64,000 bases of DNA from the human T2T-CHM13v2.0 reference genome, Homo sapiens, in NCBI RefSeq assembly GCF_009914755.1, contig NC_060939.1; one strand, written 5' to 3'. Under the pieces are notes generated by a model that did no database searches, was not told the DNA's origin, and saw only the letters and a list, made by a program, of their open reading frames with translations. Below, piece by piece: positions 58,225-64,000 of this stretch (the first letter of the stretch is position 1; every line of letters starts with the position of its first letter). Position numbers and translations under genes: made by a program.

Positions 58225-59259
58225 CTTTGTGGTTTTATCTACTTTTGGTTTTTGATGATGTTGATATACAGATGGGTTTTTGTTGTGGATGTCCTTTCTG
58301 TTTGTTAGTTTTCCTTCTAACAGACAGGACCCTCAGCTGCAGGTCTGTTGGAGTTTGCTAGAGGTCCACTCCAGATCCTGTTTGCCTGGGTATCAGCAGC
58401 GGTGACTGCAGAACAGCGGATTTTCATGAACCACGAGTGCTGCTGTCTGATCTTTGCTCTGGATATTTTGTCTCAGAGGAGTACACGGCAGTGTGAGGTG
58501 TCAGTCTGACCCTACTGGGGGGTGTCTCCCACTTAGGCTGCTCAGGGTTCAGGGGTCAGGTACCCACTTGAGGAGGCAGTCTGCCCATTCTCAGATCTCC
58601 AGCTGTGTACTGGGAGAACCACTGCTCTCTTCAAAGCTGTCAGACAGGGACATTTAAGTCTGCAGAGGTTACTGCTATCTTTTTGTTTGTCTGTGCCCTG
58701 CCCCCAGAGGTGGAGCCTACAGAGGAAGGCAGGCCACCGAAAGCTGTGGTGGGCTACACCTACTTCGAGTTTTCCAGCAGCTTTGTTTACCTAAGCAATC
58801 CTGGGCAATGGGGGTGCCCCACCCCCAGCCTCACTACCACCTTGTAGTTTGATCACAGACTGCTGTGCTAGCAATCAGTGAGACACGGTTGACATAGGAC
58901 GCTCCAAGCAAGGTGTGGGATATAATCTCCTGGTGTGCCATTTTTTAAGCCCATTGAAAAAGTACAGTATTAGTGTAGGAGTGACCAGATTTCCCAGGTG
59001 CCGTCTGTCACCTCTTTATTTGACTAGGAAAGGGAACTCCCTAACCACTTGCACTTCCCAAGTGAGGAAATGCCTCTCTCTGCTTCTGCCCACACATGGT
59101 GCACTGCACCCACTATCCTGCGCCCACTGTCTGGCACTTCCTAATGAGATGAACCAGGTATCTCAGATGGAAATGAGGAAATCTCCCAACTTCTGTGTCA
59201 CTCACGCTGGGAGCTGTAGAACAGAGCTGTTCTTATTTGACCATCTTGACTGCCACCTC
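58225..59259 (-). promoter_or_regulatory. L1 5'UTR (internal sense and antisense promoter), CpG-decayed, with degenerate YY1 site
   Basis: ~1.03-kb region upstream of the ORF1 ATG. The YY1 position reads CAAGATGGTC (59248-59239) versus canonical CAAGATGGCC. Few CpGs remain. Activity cannot be inferred from sequence. Confidence 0.85.
58808..59020 (+). pseudogene. ORF0: L1 antisense ORF0 remnant, frameshifted
   Basis: ATG at 58808 in the ORF0 context (ctgggcaATGgg). A 1-bp loss just after it gives TGA at 58850-58852. ORF 58915..59283 carries the ORF0-like second half (GYNLLV..FLS....I.VGVTRFPRC). Confidence 0.75.
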
Positions 59260-59272
59260 ATTTGCCAGTTGG

Positions 59273-62200
59273 CTTCTGTGTAGTTTTTATGTGAAAATAT
59301 TTCCTTTTCCACCATAGGCCACAAAGGGCTCCAAATATCCACTTGCAGATTCTACAAAAAGGGAGTTTCAAAACTGCTCAATCAAACGAAAGTTTCAACT
59401 CTGTGAGTTGTATGCACACATCACAAAGAAGTTTCTCTGAATGCTTCCGCATAGTTTTTATGTGAAGATATACCCATTTCCACCATAGGCCACAAAGTGC
59501 TCCAAATATCCACTTGCAGATTCTACAAAATGAGTGTTTCCAAACTGCTCAATCAAAAGAAAGGTTCAACTCTGTGAGATGAATGCACACATTGCAAAGT
59601 AGTTTCTCAGAATGGTTCTGCATAGTTTTTATGTGAAGATATCTCCTTTTACACAATAGGCCTAAGAGTATTCCAAATATCCACTTGTTGATCCTTTAAA
59701 AAGACTGTTTCATAACTGCATAATCAGAAGAAAGGTTCAACTCTGTGAGATGAATGCACACATCACAAAGAAGTTTCTCAGAATGCTTCTCTGTATTTTT
59801 TATGTGAAGATATCTCCTTTTCCACCATAGATAGCAAATAGTTCCAAATATCCACTTGCGGATTCTACAAAAAGAGAGTTTCAAAATTGCTGAATCAAAA
59901 GATAGGTTCAAACCTGTGAATTGAATGCACACATCACAAAGAAGTTTCTCAGAATGCTTCTGTGTAGTTCGCATGTGAAGATATTTCCTTTTCCACCATA
60001 GGTCTCAAAGCGATCCAAACATCCACTTGTAGATACTACAAAAAGAGTGTTTCCAAACTGCTCAATCAAAAGAAAGGTTCAACTCTGTGAGATGAAGGCA
60101 CACATCACAAAGAATTTCCTCAGAAATCTTTTTTGTAGTTTTTATGTAAAGGTATGTCCTTTTCCACCGTAGGCGGCAAAGGGCTCCAAATATCCTCTTG
60201 CAGATTCTACAAAAAGAGAGATTCAAAACTGCTGAATCAAAAGATAGTTTCAACTCTGTTACTTTAATGCACACTTAACAAAGATGTTTCTCAAAATGCT
60301 TCTGTGTAGTTTTTATGTGAAGATATTTCCATTTCCACCATAGGCCTCAAAGAGCTCCAAATATCCACTTGCAGATTCTACAAAAAGAAAGTTTTAAAAC
60401 TGCTGAATGAAAAGAAAGGTTCAACACTGTGAGATGAATGCACACATCACACAGAACTTTCTCAGAATGATTCTGTGCAGCTTTAATGTGAATATATTTC
60501 CTTTTCCACAATAGGAATCTAAGCGCTCCAAATATCAACTTGCAGATTCTACAAAAAGAGTTTTTCAAAACTGCTCAATCAAAAGAAAGGTTCAACTCTG
60601 TGAGATGAATGCACACTTCACAAAGAAGTTTCTCGGAATGCTTCTGCGGAGATTTCATGTGAAGATATTTTCTTTTCAACTATAGGCCTCAAAGTGCTCC
60701 AATTATCCACTTGCAGATTCTACAAACAGAGTGTTTCAAAACTGCTAAACGAAAAGGAAGATTCATCTCTGTGAGATGAATGCACACATCACCACGAAGT
60801 TTCTCAGAATGCTTCCATGTAGTTTTTAGTTGAAGATATTCCCATTTCCACCATTGGCCACAAATGGCTCCAAATAACCACTTGCAGATTCTACAAAAAG
60901 AGAGTTTCAAAACTGTTCAATGAAAAAATAGGTTCAACTCCATGAGTTGAATGCACACATCACAGAGAAGTTTCTCAGAAAGCTTCTGTGTAGTTTTTAT
61001 GTGAAGATATTTCTTTTACACAATAGGCCTCAAAGTGCTCCAAATATTCACTTGCAGATACTTCAAAAAGATTGTTTCAAAACTGCTCAATCAAAAGAAA
61101 GGTTCATCCCTGTGAGATGAATGCACACATCACAAAGAAGTTTCTCAGAATACTTCTGTTTGTTTTTTATGTGAAGGCATTTCCTTTTCCACAATAGGCC
61201 ACAAAAGGCTAGAAATATCCACTTGCAGATAATAGAAAAAGACAGTTTCAAAATGGCTCAATCAAAAGATAGGTTCGAATCTGTGAGTTGAATGCACACA
61301 TCACAAAGGAGTTTTTCAGAATACTTCTGTGTAGTTTTCATGTGAAGGCATTTCTTTTTCCACCATAGGCCTCAAAGGGCTCCAAATATACACCTGCAGA
61401 TACTATAAAAAGAGAGTTTCAAAACTGCTCATCAAAAGTTAGATTCACATCAGTGAGTTGAATGCACACATCACAAAGAAGTTTCTCAGAATGCTTCTGT
61501 GTGGTCTTTAAGTGAAGATATTTTCTTTTCCACAATAGGCCTCAAAGCGTTCCAAATATCCACTTGCAGATTATACAAAAACAGTGTTTCAATACTGCTC
61601 AATAAAAAAAGGTTCAACTCTGTGAGACGAATGCACACATCACAAAGAATTTTCTCAGAATGCTTCTGTATATTTTTTATGTGAAGATATTTCGTTTTCC
61701 AAAATAGGCCTCAAAGCCCTCCAAATAGCCACTTGCAGATTCTACAAAGAGAGTGTTTCAAAACTGCTCAAACAAAAGAAAAGTTCAACTGTGTGAGATA
61801 AATGCACACATCACAAAGAAGTTTCTCAGAATGCTTCTGTGTAGTTTTTATGTAAATATATGTGCGTTCAACTGTTGGCCTCAAAGTGCTCCAAATATCC
61901 ACTTGCATATTCTACAAATGGAGTGTTTCAAAACTACTCAATCAAAAGAAAAGTTCAACTCTGTGAGTTGAATGCACACATCACAAAGAAGTTTCTCAGA
62001 ATGCTTCTGTGTAGTTTTTATGTGAAGATATTTCCTATTCCACTGTAGGCCTCAAAGCGCTCCAAATATCCTCTTGCAGATTCTACAAAAAGAGTGTTAC
62101 AAAACTGCTCAATCAAAAGAAAGTTTCAACTCTGTGAGATGAAAGCACACATCACAAAGAATTTTCTCAGAATGCTTCTGTGTAGTTTTTACGTGAAGAT

Positions 62201-64000
62201 ATTTCCTTTTTCAAAACAGGCCTCAAAGCCTTCCACATATCCACTTGCAGATTCTACAAAAAGTGTGTTTCAAAACTGCTCAATCAAAAGAAAGTTTCAA
62301 CTCTGTAAGATGAATGCATACATCACAAATAAGTTTATCAGGATGCTTTTGTGTAGTTTTTATGTTAAGATATTTCGTTTTCCACAATAGGCCTCAAAGC
62401 ACTCCAAATATCCACTTGTGGATTCTACAAAAAGTTTGTTTCAATACTGCTCAATCATAAGACAGGTTCAACTGTGTGAGATGAATGCAGACATCACAAA
62501 GAAGTTTCCCAGAATGCTTCTGTGAAGTTTTTATGTGAAGATATTTGCTTTTCCACAGTAGGCCTCAAAACGCTCCAAATATCCACTTGAAGATTGTACA
62601 AAAACAGTGTTTCAAAACTGCTGAATCACCAGATAGGTTCAACTCTGTGGGTTGAATGCACACATAACAAAGAAGTTCCTCAGAATGCTTCTGGGTAGTT
62701 TTTATTTGAAGATATTTCCTTTTCCTCCATAGGCTGCAAAGGGCTCCAAATGTCTATTTGCAGATCATACAAAATGAGGGATTCATAACTGCTCAAAGAA
62801 AAGATAGGTTCACCTCTGTGAGTTTAATGCACATATCAAAAAGAAGTTTCTCAGAATGCTTCTGTGTAGTTTTTATTTGAAGATATTTCCTTTTCCACCT
62901 TAGGCCACAAAGGGCCCCAAATATCTGCTTGCAGATTCTACAAAAAGATTGTTTCAAAACTGCTGAATCAAAAAAAAATGTTCAACTCTGTGAGATGAAG
63001 GCACACATCTCAAAGAAGTTTCTCAGAATGCCTCTGTGTTGTTTTTATGTGAAGATATTTTCTTTTTCAGAGTAGGCCTCAATTGCTCCAAATATCCACT
63101 TGCAGACGCTACAAAAAGAGGGTTTCCAAACTGCTCAATCAAAAGAAATATTCAACTCTGTGAGAGGAATGCACATATCACAGGGAAGTTTCCCAGAAAT
63201 CTTCTGTGTAGTTTTTATGTGAAGATATTTCCTTTTCCACAGTAGGCCTCGAAACGCTCCAAGTATCCACTTACAGATTCTACAAAGAGAGTGTTTCAAA
63301 ACTGCTCAATCAAATGAAAGGTTCACCTCTGTGAGCTGAATGCACATATCATGAAGAAGTTTCTCTGAATGCTTCTGTGTACCTTTTCTTTGAAGATATT
63401 TCCTTTTCATTCATAGGCCAAAAAGGGCACCAAATATCCAGTTGTAGATTCTACAAAGAGAGATTCAATACTGCCCAATCAAAAGATAGTTTCAACTATG
63501 TGAGTTGAATGCACACATCATGAAGAAGTTTCTCAGAATGCCTCAGTGTGGTTCTTGTGTGAAGATATTTGTTTTTCCACAGTAGGCCTCAAAACGCTCC
63601 AAATATCCACTTGCAGATACTATGAAAACAGCATTTCAGAATTGCACAATCAAAAGAAAATTTCAACACTGTGAGATGAATGCACACATCACAAAGTAGC
63701 TTCTCAGAATGCTTCTGTGTAGTTTTTATGTGAAGATATTTCCTTTTCCACAATAGGCCTCAAAGCACCCCAAATATCCACTTGCAGATTCTACGAAAAC
63801 AGCTTTTCAAAACTACTCAATCAAAAGAAAATTTCAACTCTGTGAGATGAGTTCACACATCACAAAGAAATTTCTCACAATTCCTCCGTGTAGAGTTTAT
63901 TTAAAGATAATTCCTTTTCCACCATAGGCTGATAAGGGCTCCAAATATCCGGTTGAAGATTCCACAAAAAGATTCAAAACTGCTCCATTAAGACATTGGT
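59273..64000 (-). repeat. Diverged alpha-satellite array, reverse orientation (~28 monomers)
   Basis: Resumes in register after the L1 TSD with the same ctgtgtag/aagataggtt variants as 42-53 kb. Runs off the right edge of the window. Confidence 0.98.

Overview
This is primate (human or ape-like) pericentromeric DNA, not prokaryotic. About 55 kb of the window is diverged ~171-bp alpha-satellite. Nearly every monomer carries the A-type pJalpha-like box, I saw no CENP-B box, and there is no homogeneous higher-order repeat (HOR). The array flips orientation at about 15052 and is layered into blocks with different diagnostic monomer variants. Three LINE-1 insertions interrupt it: (1) a 5'-truncated, 5'-inverted element at 11097-12675; (2) a ~0.9-kb 5'-truncated element at 34081-34978; (3) a full-length ~6.15-kb L1PA3/4-like element at 53107-59259 that retains the ~129-bp 5'UTR segment but has dead ORF0, ORF1 and ORF2. 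No intact protein-coding gene is supported; the other ORFs are satellite or antisense-L1 artefacts. I found no undescribed biological system. The notable signals are structural: the inversion junction, an inverted L1 missing ~1.65 kb, decayed multimer duplications, a short conversion-like tract, and a high L1 mutation load. All comparisons were made by eye; subfamily names rely on recalled consensus sequences.
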